Below are positions 1-13,200 of a stretch of 64,000 nucleotides of DNA, one piece after another. Position 1 is the stretch's first letter, and each line of letters starts with the position of its first letter. The notes beneath the pieces are model-generated. The model made no database searches, had not been told where the DNA came from, and worked only from the letters and a program-made list of their open reading frames with translations. The position numbers and the translations under genes are program-made. Source of the DNA: Octopus bimaculoides (Eukaryota); the NCBI RefSeq assembly GCF_001194135.2, contig NC_068982.1:31270750-31334749 (forward strand), in the 5' to 3' direction.

Positions 1-27
1 ATATATATATATATATAATTATATATA

Positions 28-2667
28 CTAGCTGAACGGCCCGGAGTTGCCTGCGTTACTGCTGTTCTTATTCAGATTATTAAACAATGAGTATAAAGAT
101 ATATCCTCATAATTATTTTAAAATATTAAAAGATATCAAAATTTCCAACTGAAAACATGTCAACGTTGCAGCACCTCAGGGTAGACAATATTCATTGTGT
201 AAATTTTTGCTGATTTCAAAATGAATAAACTGTTGCTGCTTCCAAATCGTGAGCAAGCAACATAAAGGTTGGCCGTGGGAGACGTATGTAGTAGAGAGAT
301 CACGTCCAACTACTTTGAGGGACTGAGCCTAAGATCTGGTAATTGAAATACCAAAACTTAGTTTGACTGGGAACGGAAGTGTCTTAAATTCAAATGGAAC
401 ATCTGTACGTATGAGAGGAATTTTTGGAAATGACATTTTCTCCTTTGTGACAACCTGTTATGATTGTAGCCTGTAGGACATGGGGCTTCGCAGAAGTAAC
501 AATTATGCGAATTCCATTACGCAGGTGAGATGGGTCAAGATTTTTAAGCAACGTAATGGGAGCATCCGGTTTTAGTATCAAGTTACGCGGTCAATTGATC
601 CCATTTCTGATGTATTTATTAACTTTTGAAAAAGTTCCTGATTGAGTTTATCAAACATTTCATTAGCTGGAGGTCGTATAGCTCTTTCATATGACTAGTT
701 TACATCAATGTAATTGATAGATAAATTAGGAAATAATTTATCCATAAGATCCCTAAGAGAAAGTATCATCTGACCACATGAATTTTCATCTAGCTGAAGT
801 CTTGAGTTGAATGTTGATATCTCATTATCAACGTTAAGAAGCTTGTTGATCACCTTGTAGAAGTACTCTCATGTTGCTTATAAGACAAATCTTTTCACGT
901 CTCCAAAGGTACGATGTGTTTGAGCATGCATTGATCTCATCAACCTTTGATCCTTTGGGTATAAATAGCAACATTTGAGGAAATCTCTGGCAAGAAGAAT
1001 TGTTACTCCTCTACTTTTTTTATTGCTACTTTTTATGTCTTGGAGACTACGGTCAAATAAATCAAGAACTCTGAGATGTGACATTGCACTCATCCCAAAC
1101 AATGAGGCAAGTTGTTGGAGAAATTTTGCCATTGTAGAATTTTTGCAGATGCTGCACTTTTGAGATTCTTTCATTGCACGGTTTAGAGGGAGCTTGATAT
1201 CTTTGCTTTAGTGTAATGGAAAAAAGGTTAAGAGAAATTATTAATTCATTCATTTTTCGTTTTAATAACAGAAAAAGACTTTTAAAACTATCCCAACGGT
1301 GGAAATATGATAAGAACAACAGCTAAATCGCCCTTAACTTTTTTGCATAGTGAAACTATATTCAACACCGTATTTATAAATTTGTTTCTCTCACTATGAT
1401 ACATGGGATCTTTTTTAAAACCTTTTTTGTTACTCAAACGAAAAATAAATGAATATTCGAAAATTGCTATGCGTCCCTAATGTAACAAAGTACAGAAAGC
1501 TAACTTTTATTTGTGACAGGTACTAAATCTTCTAAAAGTCAGGACTGAATATGACGGTGAAGAAAATCAAGTTCCAAGAAAATTCAGAAGGCATAATTCA
1601 ATTTTTCATACAAACATAATTTATTATTTTACAATTTTTAAACCAACGCTGAACCAAATGTATAGAAAGGAATATGTTGCTGTTGTGAACATTAATTAAT
1701 TTAAACCATTAACTGAAGGATGTATATAGCAAGACATAAATTCATATCTACATACATGCATGCAGCAAAACATAAATTGACTTTATATGCTCTCGAATAA
1801 ATACTGATTAACGTAGTAAAAAGGTTGCGTGGTGTTGAATACTAGCACTGTTAAAGCAGCATACTAGGAATGCGATAAGGACGCTAGGCCTGTTAATATA
1901 GCATCATCTTCAAACTAGTTATAAGGACTGGAATAACCTTTCTGTAATTATATTGAAAGAGGCGCTAAGGCTTTCTACTTCGCCAAATTTCCGAATCTGT
2001 TATAATAACCAGAATTTAAAAAATGTTCACATATATTTGCGAGCGTTGTGACTGTTGTCAAATCAACCAAATTTTTATGTTGGTTATAAAAGCCAGAATA
2101 ATATTTCAGCACATAAGTAGTGATAATCGTTAATGCAACTCTCCATGATGAAAAGGAAAATCCAAACAGTGGCACTTCAAAGTGAACGCTGTATTTCGTT
2201 CAATGTCCAGGTCGCAACTAAACTAAACTCTTTCTAAATCAGCTCGTTTCATAAAAATGATCACACATCCACTCGCACATACATAGATTCTGACATTCAG
2301 TGACCTACGTATAGTAAGATATTGTGTGTGTATGTGTGTGTTTGTATCAGTCGTCAACAAAAATGTATGTATACTCACACACACATATACTTGTCAGTCA
2401 CTGGCCTAACGAACTTAACGAATGTGCAAACACACACACACTGACAAATACATACTGACTCATATAGAAAATGTGACGTCGTCGATGTCGTCATCGTGGT
2501 ATAAAATGTTGTTTACGATAGTTAACTAACAACGATTATAATGTTAAATTTTGTAATGAAAAATGTAAACAAAAATAAATTTTAATTGGGATCCGAAACG
2601 TTACTGAATCATTTGATACCCTATATGTCACAATCGGCAACTCAGTTTCCAAATGCATAGAGAACAT

Positions 2668-2722
<55 letters not shown>

Positions 2723-2744
2723 AACTCTCTTTTCTATATATAGA
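28..2744 (-). mobile_element. Internally deleted Helitron with both termini
   Basis: On the minus strand the element begins A|TCTATATATAGAAAAGAGAG.. (TC at 2744-2743) and ends ..GGGCCGTTCAGCTAG|T (CTAG at 31-28), with a degenerate GC-rich subterminal hairpin. This is the A|T insertion, 5'-TC and 3'-CTAG signature of Helitrons. It contains PIF1 helicase remnants. Confidence 0.85.
170..1210 (-). pseudogene. Degenerate PIF1-family helicase C-terminal half of the Helitron RepHel protein
   Basis: Frameshifted motifs occur in order: KLPLN..CSICKNSTMAKFLQQ, LIVWDEC, RSLQDI..GVTILLARDF, LKPDAPITLLKNLDPSHLRNGIR..ATIITG, VPFEFKTLPFPVKLSF..QSLKVVG..SHGQ, YVACSR, NIVYPEVLQ. There are multiple stops and frameshifts. 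Confidence 0.9.
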
Positions 2745-2789
2745 TATATACATATGCATAATTATATACATAATTATATATTTATAATG

Positions 2790-3700
2790 ACTAGTTGTAT
2801 AATTGAAAAACTTAAGTATTGAAACAGCTGTAGGGATATAAAATATTTGAAAGAAAAACTGATATATTTTGTCTCTAATATCATCAAATGATTTAGCATC
2901 TTTTTCTTATATGCTTTGGGAATGGCTTGAGCAGGTTGTCTAAAAGTGTAATCAGACGGTGAGTTTCACACACTGAACTATTATGGATCTTATTTCCAAG
3001 TCATCCGGTGGGGTTACCTGAATGTATATGTCGGTGATTTCTTAACATACTTCTCTTATTCCTTTTCACTATTGTGAACGTTGAGTATGCCAAAGTAGAG
3101 GTCAGATTTACGTCTCTGTTAATATAGCTCTATTCTATATCAGTGTATCCCTTTTGGTATAACGTTTATAAACATTCTAAGGTTTTATATTATGTTTTAC
3201 TGATTGCAGTTTGGGTGTTTTTGTAGTATGTATTGTCTTTTAAAATAGATAATAACATATTTTGTAGTATTCTATATCTATCACGCTAATTCGTTTCATT
3301 TATCGGCCTCTTTAATTGTTCATTCTTTATAATTTTAATATATGTTTATGTTCAATTTTTTCTTGCTAATGTTTGATCTGAATTTTTGTTCGTGTGTGTG
3401 TCCAGTGCTGTTTTAAGGCAGGACACCCTGGGAAGTTGTCCAGTGGCACCACGGTTCTGAGGGCTCATTTCGAATTTATGTACGATTCGCCTTAGTGTCA
3501 ATAAATATATGCTATCAAGGGCTTTGTTCCAACTTTTTGTTTGAGTATAATTGCCATTGTTGCTTACCATCGCTTTGTCATCTTGTCGGTTCGCTCTTCT
3601 GGGTTGTTATAGTTTTGTTTGATAAGTTTCTAATTAACTATCACTTAAACTTCAGCTGTTTATTTGGTAGCACAGAATATTTCCGTGCCAGTGACCAGGG
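2790..3700 (-). mobile_element. Penelope-like element fragment (N-terminal part of reverse transcriptase), degenerate
   Basis: Minus-strand translation near 2900-3120 gives YFGILNVHNS.. and YIQVTPPDDLEIRSII..VCETHRLITLLDNLLKPFPKHIR, resembling the PLE RT 'FYGLPKIHK..PRPI..LS.LLD.LLKP' region. The boundaries are approximate. Confidence 0.65.
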
Positions 3701-5029
3701 TCTAAAAATGATTATTATAATTTTGTTGGTTGATGTTATCAATATGTATGTATGTATGTATGTAAGTATGTATGTATGTATAGATGGATGGATTTATGTA
3801 TGAGTTTTTGCATATATGTATGATTTGTTTTAGTTTTATCTACGTTCTTCTTGAGAGAGTTCAAGCCAGTTGCTAAAAAGGCGAGAAGACTTTTTGAGTT
3901 AAGAGCGTTCACGACGTTTGTAAATATGTGGTTGAGATGGTGTGTTGATGGAAATATCTATGCGTACACCCAATGCATATACCAATACATGAGAATCTCA
4001 CATGGAGAATATTTGGAATGTCTTCACTGTGGCACTAATAGATTGAATTTGGAGAATCCGCGTCAGTTTCCTTTACTCTTTCTCTGTAAAACAACGTATT
4101 TCTAGGTTTTTATACAAATTTGTATGTATGTATGTATGTATGTATGTATGCATGCACCTCTGAAACCGACTGTCTAGGGGAAATTATTGCTGTAATTTCT
4201 CCTACGTGAGGAAGCTTTTTCCCATTTTAAATCTTGTTTCATGTTTTCCAGGTATTACATTTCTATGGCTCTAATTTTTCCGTAATATTTCGTTATCAGT
4301 CCGCATTGAAAAATCTGCCTGAGTTAGGTAGCTCGCGTACATACCTTTTCGCGCCATTGGTGTGATTCAATTCACACATCCACATATATAAATGTTTATG
4401 TGTTTGTATTTGCATTTGTATCATGTATATATATATATGTTTATATTCACTGTGTATGATTGCTCAATTTGCTGACTTGACAGGGTGTTGGGCAAATGAT
4501 TGCAGAGATAGTGGTTGATACGTTTCTCTCATTACTATTGTACCATTTCGATAAAATTTCTAACAAGTGGCGCAGCCGCATAAATGTCACTCGTTGCCTT
4601 ATTAGGTGTTCAGTTGATTAGCAGGCAGAAGTGTGTTATGCAGATGCCAAGAATAATTGCAGTGAAGAAGACTGATTCTAAAGCCCACTGCTTTTCCTGT
4701 ATCATGGGCATAGTTTCTTTGATCATCAGTATTAATAAGTATTAAAATTTAAATTGTGTGCATATACGTGTATACGGTCTTAGTCGCAGGTGTGATATCG
4801 TTCACAATTGTTGAGTTAATCAGAATTACGTGATGACTTGTCTATTCATGCGGCAGTTTTCAAGTGAATGTTAACAATATTTGTTTACTACTTGAATATC
4901 TATAATGAGATTATTCATATATTAAAAATTCGCAGTTATTTCTCTGACAATATAAAATATTAGTTAGTTGTTGTTGCCATAAAATTTACGATGTCATTCA
5001 TAAGAGATCAGGAATTATGTACATTATTT

Positions 5030-5122
5030 ACATTATTTACATTTGACGGATATTTGTCCTCATCTTGTTTGTGTTAGCAACAAGCAAGATGAGGACAAGT
5101 ATCCGTCAAAAGTAAATAATGT
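5030..5122. repeat. Near-perfect 43-bp inverted repeat (hairpin) with 7-nt spacer
   Basis: ACATTATTTACATTTGACGGATATTTGTCCTCATCTTGTTTGT (5030-5072) pairs with ACAAGCAAGATGAGGACAAGTATCCGTCAAAAGTAAATAATGT (5080-5122) with 3 mismatches. Confidence 0.9.
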
Positions 5123-6107
5123 AAACAATGTCATTCATATTGCTGTGTAATCTACCAAACACATTATTGCTGCTCACAATTTTCATAAAATGAAATATGA
5201 TAATAATTGAAAGTTCATGAATTTATATTTTACATTCTTTCCAATCGAAGTGGACATTAATACCGCTCCCGTCACATTGACACCATAGTTTTGTTTTCTT
5301 TTGTTTCCTATTGAATTTATCTCTTTTTATTAGCTTCATACGTCTTACTTTGTGCAAGGCAATATTCTGTAAATTGTAAAGAAAGGCAAACATTTATAAA
5401 ATACCAAAACATAAAAATAATGTTTAAATAACTTTGAGAAAATTCTTTTGCTATAAAACAGAGATATGAGGAGTAATTTGATTAGCTCTTATTAATATCC
5501 GTTGTTGTTTTGACTACTTTCTTTAAAAATTACTGTTGCTGTAGTACTGTTTTCACCACGGCGAATAGCAGCGACAGTTAGACTGGAGTGTGAATGTGAT
5601 AAAGAAACCAATCTTAAATTACACGTAGAAAGGGACGGAGAAAAGATCCACACGCGATAATTATGAATAAAAGGTAGAAAAACTGGCCTCCATGTTTTAA
5701 GTGAAATTGTAATAAACAAAATATATAAAAGCAATATATTTCTAAAATTGTAATATAATTATAATGTAAAATATTTTACTACAGTTTAGTGTTAAGACAA
5801 GACGTTGTTCGCAAAGTTGGTTAGCTATATACACACAATCCACTTACGATTATTATATGTGAAATATTTCATGCTATCACATGAACATGTTTATTTGTGA
5901 ACCCGAAGGATAAGTAACTGCATACAGGTCAATCGAATATATATAATCATAATTTACACTATATGTTGAATACTTTCACTTTACAAACAATGTGATATGT
6001 GTTTATGTGTGTGTGTATGTGTGTATGCACAAGTTTATATGAATATATGAATGTGTGTATATATGTATGTGTGTGTGTGTGTGTGCCTGTGTCTGTGTCT
6101 GTATGTG

Positions 6108-6213
<106 letters not shown>

Positions 6214-6480
6214 CGCGTGTGTGTATAAGATCTAGGGATCGAGGTGTAGGAAGAAAAGTTATCTTCTAGCAATCCGTAGTACAATAGCGTAGGGACAATA
6301 GTGGTTTATTTAGACGGAAGGTTGTGGATTTTTTTCGTATCGAAGTACGACAAGCTGAAAAAAGTTATTCATATATGTGTTTTGCGAGCCCGTGACCCCC
6401 ATTAGGATTTACATGATGTATACATTTTATTCCTTTGTTTTGTTACAAGTTTATAATTATTTAAAAAATTTTTTGCAGTT

Positions 6481-6700
6481 TGTTGTGTCGACACCCCCAA
6501 GCGAAGACGTAGGATCGCCCAAGACATATAAATAGAGGTAGTCTAACCGTGGTAGAATTGTTGAGTGACGGTTGAGTAGCCGTCGTGTAACGGTTGACTA
6601 GAGATCATCCGAAGGTGCTTGATAGCAGTAGCTTGAGAGATAACATTGTTAATACAATCATACTGTTTAGGTGTAAATGTGGAGATGTGACTTCAAAAAA
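6481..6700 (+). mobile_element. Possible LTR-like fragment
   Basis: GC content rises abruptly at a TGTTGTG start and a TATAAATA box lies at 6527-6534. No second LTR or recognisable gag/pol was found, and the 3' end is uncertain. Confidence 0.3.
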
Positions 6701-7183
6701 GAAGTAAAGGAAAAAATTTGGTCTTTGTGTAGAACAACGTGTACTCCCTCGACAGTGGCAAAGGATACGAAAGTATATGTGAGGTTTTAATAACGCGGAT
6801 GAAGCAAGAAGGCAACGTAGCTCATATGTTACCACCTTACGAGATAGTGCTCCAGTATCATTAAAGGGTAGAGATGTTGATATACAGCACTGTTGACGAA
6901 CTATCAACGTATCTCAAGTAATGCATTTGAAAATTAGCCCAGCATCTCAGAAACTACAATGAAATTCTGGATGAGCTATTGTAGCCGCCCCAAAATGGAA
7001 TGTTTAAAAAGTTTATGCTAGTATCATTTAGCAGAAGCCAGACAGTTCAGTTCTTGTAATTCACTTGACGGTATAGCTGGTGTAACCGATGTTGCCAACT
7101 ACTGAAAAACATTCTGAAATCTCTCAAAACATTTGATGTTATTCCTCACACGCTACAATTGAAAGCAATAGCCCATATACTAT

Positions 7184-7390
7184 TGGTTTCAAATTTTGGC
7201 ACAAGGCCAACCAATTCGGGGAAGTGGGTAAGATGCTTGCATCAACCCCAGTCCTCAAATGTTACTTATTGTATCGACCCCGAAAGAAGGAAAAGTAAAG
7301 TCGACCACAGCGGAATTTGAACTCGGAACGTAAAGATGAGAGAAATGCCACTAAGTATTTAGCCCGGCATGCCAATGATTCTGCCAGCTA
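7184..7390 (-). mobile_element. tRNA-derived SINE, family A, degenerate copy
   Basis: Reverse complement of the family A unit seen at 54625: it has the GAGTTCAAATTCC B-box and the GTCGAC..TTTCGGGGTCGATA core. Confidence 0.8.
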
Positions 7391-7765
7391 GGATGTACAA
7401 AATCATTGTAAAATCTACAAAACTAAAAGCCAAAACTCTTATGACCCATGTGTTCAAAGTGACCATTTTAAATAGTTCTACAAGGGGAGATAATTTCAGT
7501 CCAGGCATTCCTGTCATCCCCAAAAGAGACGTTATTTCACTTCAAATGACGTCAGTTTTTATAAAACCTTTTCTTCTATGACAATCGATATGTTTCAAGT
7601 GAGTCATTTAGTATTCCTCGAGGTGAATATCATCATGCAGAAACATAGATATATATAATGAAAAAAAACCCCAGGAAAATGTAATAAATCACCTAACATA
7701 GTGAGTACAAACTGTTGTACACTACTGTTGTACTTTAAAAAACAACGTACTATCTTTTATTTTTT

Positions 7766-7950
7766 ACTTCTTTCAGTCATTAGACTGCGGCCGTGCTGGG
7801 GCACTCCCTTGCTGAATTATTAGTGGAACGAATCGACCCTAGTATTTTCATTTAAAGCTAGGTACTTATTATATCGATATCTTTGCCGAACCACCATGTT
7901 ACGGGGACATAAACACACCAACATCGGTTTTCAAACGGTGGTGGACACAC
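7766..7950 (-). mobile_element. SINE family B, 3' half
   Basis: Matches the 3' half of the full copy at 53776-54191 (TTTCAGTCATT.GACTG.GGCC.TGCTGG.GCAC...GTTACGGGG.C.TAAACACACCA.CATCGGTT). Confidence 0.8.
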
Positions 7951-8580
7951 GCACACACTCACACACACACGTGCGATGGGCTAGCTCCTTACCACACTGT
8001 CACGCCAACGCCTGCATGAGGAAGAAATTTCAACGGACAAACAACGTACTAAATAATACAATACCATATAAAAAGAAAAGGATAACTCGTTAGATTTAAA
8101 CAATTTCTCTATGTTCTTATGGTTATCTCTATGCTGCATGTACATTTCGTTTGGAATAAATAAACTAAGCGCGTTAGTATTGTCTTAAGTCACTCAATTA
8201 AAATTATCAATAAAAAGAGTCTCAAAAGTAATGCACATGGCAGAAAAAAAATCAGCTTCAGATATGCATCTGCAATGCAAAGGAAGAATATAAGCAGATT
8301 TAATTACAGACAAAAAGTACTACATTACAACATCTTTTTGTCAGTAATCTATGTCTCATGGAAATCTCCATCGATTTAATCGGCATTCGACACACGGGCA
8401 TTGTGCGCGTAACCTTTCTTAATATATAAATATAAATATGTATAGGTGTGTATGGGTGTGTTTACACACAACACACACAAACACACACACACAGGCCACC
8501 CCCACATATATTTATTAATGTGTATGTATATATATATATATACATATATATATATACACGCATATACATATATTCATGCG

Positions 8581-8615
<35 letters not shown>

Positions 8616-8860
8616 NNNNNNNNNNNNNNNNNNNNNNNNNNNNNNNNNNNNNNNNNNNNNNNNNNNNNNNNNNNNNNNNNNNNNNNNNNNNNNNNNNNNN
8701 NNNNNNNNNNNNNNNNNNNNNNNNNNNNNNNNNNNNNNNNNNNNNNNNNNNNNNNNNNNNNNNNNNNNNNNNNNNNNATATATATACCCACAGATTCATG
8801 CAAACATATGCGCATTTATCTGTCTACCTATTTAGCTAGTTATCAAGATATGTGTGTGTG

Positions 8861-8893
<33 letters not shown>

Positions 8894-9267
8894 TTGTGTG
8901 TGTGTGTCTGTGTGTGTGTCCGTGTCTGTGTGTGAGTGTGTGTGTGTGTAATTCTATATGTATGTATATTTAGTGCTAACTTTCGCTGTTGCAGTTCTTA
9001 TTATCAATATTTTTTTTTCTTTTTGCTGCTGACGATGCTAGATAATGGTTATGATGATAAAGTGTAATGCGTGACTTGAAACTATTGTCATATAATAGTT
9101 AAGCCTTTAGCAGCCGACAAAATCAGTAAAAACTTGATGGCTTACAGAGATACAAAGAATGCAATAGATCTGCGGTTGACATACATACATACATACATAC
9201 ATACATACAACGACATATATACATACATACATGCATACGTACGTACGTACACAAACGTACATACATG

Positions 9268-9315
<48 letters not shown>

Positions 9316-10202
9316 NNNNNNNNNNNNNNNNNNNNNNNNNNNNNNNNNNNNNNNNNNNNNNNNNNNNNNNNNNNNNNNNNNNNNNNNNNNNNNNNNNNNN
9401 NNNNNNNNNNNNNNNNNNNNNNNNNNNNNNNNNNNNNNNNNNNNNNNNNNNNNNNNNNNNNNNNNNNNNNNNNNNNNNNNNNNNNNNNNNNNNNNNNNNN
9501 NNNNNNNNNNNNNNNNNNNNNNNNNNNNNNNNNNNNNNNNNNNNNNNNNNNNNNNNNNNNNNNNNNNNNNNNNNNNNNNNNNNNNNNNNNNNNNNNNNNN
9601 NNNNNNNNNNNNNNNNNNNNNNNNNNNNNNNNNNNNNNNNNNNNNNNNNNNNNNNNNNNNNNNNNNNNNNNNNNNNNNNNNNNNNNNNNNNNNNNNNNNN
9701 NNNNNNNNNNNNNNNNNNNNNNNNNNNNNNNNNNNNNNNNNNNNNNNNNNNNNNNNNNNNNNNNNNNNNNNNNNNNNNNNNNNNNNNNNNNNNNNNNNNN
9801 NNNNNNNNNNNNNNNNNNNNNNNNNNNNNNNNNNNNNNNNNNNNNNNNNNNNNNNNNNNNNNNNNNNNNNNNNNNNNNNNNNNNNNNNNNNNNNNNNNNN
9901 NNNNNNNNNNNNNNNNNNNNNNNNNNNNNNNNNNNNNNNNNNNNNNNNNNNNNNNNTATATATATGCATGCAAGCATCCATGCATCCATACATCCATACA
10001 TATATATATACATACATACAAGCATGCATGCATATATCTACACACATATGTACATATATATATATGTGTGTGTGTATGTGTGTGTTTCTGTGTGTATATA
10101 TAGCTTATGTTTGTGTGTATATATCCTATTGGATACTTACACACAAATATATGTTTATATATATACACATATAACATATTTTATATATATATGTTTGTAT
10201 GC

Positions 10203-10233
<31 letters not shown>

Positions 10234-10429
10234 CTATATAAATAAAGAGAGACAAGTGGAGAGAGGGGGAAAGAGATAAAGAGACAAAATGTAGGAGACA
10301 ACAATTAAGGGGAGAGGTAGATATGTAGACAGACTCAAATATATATCGAAATGTAATTAAGCGTAATGAAATTGTCATGTGAAACGTATAGAACCTGTAC
10401 CGACATTGTTTTTCTCAAATGTGTGCCTG

Positions 10430-10492
<63 letters not shown>

Positions 10493-10829
10493 GTCTGTCT
10501 ATCTATCTATTTATCTTTCTCTCTTCTCTCTCTTTCTCATACTATCTTCGTATATATATATATATATATATATANNNNNNNNNNNNNNNNNNNNNNNNNN
10601 NNNNNNNNNNNNNNNNNNNNNNNNNNNNNNNNNNNNNNNNNATATACACCCTATGTGGATTCTCAATTATCTACTCTCGCATCAAGACAAAGTTGTTCCT
10701 GCATATAATATATACACGTACACAAACAATACAGACATACATTTATAGAAGCATATATTTATATGGATGGAAAGATACAGATTTAGATTGTTCGTTTTAC
10801 AGATCCATGTGTACCCATTTCTTTTTTAA

Positions 10830-12060
10830 CTTACAAAATGATTATACATGTGTATTTCAATGATTTTAAATTTTCCTATAATATATCCTTTTCACTATTT
10901 AGACTTTTCTTTACCTCTTTCTCTTTCGTTCTTACCGTCTGTATTTCTTTGTTACTCTCTATTACTCTTCACTCAATTCTATTTTCTTTTATTTATTTAT
11001 TTATTTTTTTGTTTTGTTACTAAAATTCCTTTCTTAGTTTTAAATATTCTGCAGCATTTTAGTAAGTTTGTATTTTTTCTTTGTCTACTCAATTTATTTC
11101 ATTTTTGTTTTTGCATGTTACCTTCATTAAATCTATCGAATGTTTTTCTCTCACTATATCAATCAAATTTTTATTTGTTACTATCGCTTTCTTTCTATCT
11201 CCCTCCTGAAACTACCCTTCTTTACATCTTTCTATTTCTCACTTACAATATTTTTCCTTATTTTTTCTCTTTCTGTTTTGCTCATGATCTTAGTTTCACT
11301 CATTTTGAAGTCCCAGTTGTTTCTGTTGTTCATTCTCTCAACCACAATTTTACTCCTCTAGCATTTCTCATTTCCTTTCTCCATTTTTCATAACCTTACC
11401 TCTCTCTCTCCCTAGCATTCACTCGAGCTTTCTAGTTGACATAGTGTCATCTAATACACATACACTCACACATATATATACACTCACATACACACGCAAC
11501 GACTCACATCCACACACATACAAAAGCACATAATGTCTATCTCTCTTGCGGATCTGATAAATCACTGCCTCATTTTCTCTCAATCTGCATTTCAATTTTT
11601 ATTTCGCATCTCTTCTATTGTTCAAACTCATCATACCCACTCTCTATACCTCTCTTACTACATCTCGTCCCCTTTATCTATGTATTCCCTCTCTTTTTCT
11701 CTCAGTTTATCTTTCTACTTTCATTTCCCGAACTTATCTATCTTATCATTTTTCTCTCTCACTTTCATTTGTTTGGCCTTCTAACTTCCCACCTCTATGC
11801 TGCTATGCTCTCTATACGCTCTATACGTGCCATATTTATTTAGTCTTTCACTTTCTCCTTCTTTCAACACGCACACTCATCAAGTGTCATACACTACGTC
11901 TTTCTTGTCTTTTGCATTTATTTTCTATTTAGATAACTTTTACTATATCTAATTCAGTAATTTCTTTCTACCCACCCTTTCCGTTTCTCTCTCTTTGTCT
12001 TGCGCATAACACGCCTCACATCCTCCCCGATAAATTTCTTTTTATCTCCATTTAAGCGCC
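10830..12060. repeat. ~1.2 kb low-complexity pyrimidine-rich (T/C) tract
   Basis: The plus strand is dominated by T and C with very few G. The ORFs here are F/L/S-rich compositional artefacts. Confidence 0.8.
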
Positions 12061-13200
12061 ATCTTTTCTCATGGAACATATTGCTGTGTATTTTGCAAGC
12101 TAGAAAACACAAGAAAACTTTTACTTGCAACTAGAAAATGCTGACTTTCACAATGAGGCATCTAGATTTTTTATGCAAATACTTGATATTTTGGTTGTGT
12201 TTACCATCTCATGTTGCTTACTCTTAAATGCCTACGGCATAAAAGATGTAATTATTCTCGAAGAATGCCTGTTTATTTGAAGCATGAAAAAATATTTTGC
12301 CAATCGTTTATTCAATAGTAACCAAAGGTGAACATTGAAACTTATTCAATTCTTTTCCTTGATTGTATAAATTTTTTTAAAAATTTCAAATGAATTCGTT
12401 GTTGTTAATTGTTGATGCTATTGTTGCTATTCTAGCATGCAGATTTCAATTATCAGTCAAAAGATATTTGAGATTTATTTATATATTTTAGTTTTACAGT
12501 ATTCATTTATACCGTTGTTGGTGTTTAGTTCCTATCGACCCTCACTGGAAATACTTTTCAGCTATGGCCGTACGATCTTTTCTTTCATGAATCGTTTCTG
12601 TATTACTGCCTTCTCTAATGATACCTCAAGTATCATACTATTTTGTAAGACTCTACAGTATAATTTTTGAGTATTTTAACTGCTATTTGAAGATGACTGA
12701 ATACATGGAAGCTTCTTAATTGGCACACTATATCTATGAAATCCCTGTATTTACGACGAGCGCTGAAATATATTGTTGACTATTGTGCTTGCTGTTTCAA
12801 CGTTAATTACTTGCAGCATTAACAGAAGATTATTGATGGATGAAGTATACGGTTTTTCGCGCAATATGGCCGAATGATTAACAAGCTCGCTTCACAACCA
12901 AGTACCGGTATCGACCCCGATGCTTTGCATCCTGGGCAATGCCATTTTCTGTTGTCACATCCCTCTATATCTTGTGAATGAAATTGACCCAAACTATAGA
13001 AAGTACCAATGGAAGTATTGTACCCGAAATTTAAATGACACAGACTTGCCATATATATAATGTGTGGTGGAGACTTTTCTAAGAATTGCATTAAGATAAC
13101 ATATGATTGTGCTATGATCAGCTACTTACACCTTAATTCAAAAGCAATAAGACCGAAAAACTAAATCCTCATCGTCGAACGACGGAAGTCCAATAAAGGT

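Noticed and set aside
10848-11932. 181-aa and 104-aa hydrophobic ORFs that look like membrane proteins
   Set aside because: The F/L/S/I richness follows directly from the T/C-rich low-complexity tract.
12527-12590. PIDPHWKYF, similar to the opsin N-terminal HPHW motif
   Set aside because: The frame closes within about 12 codons and no transmembrane segment follows.
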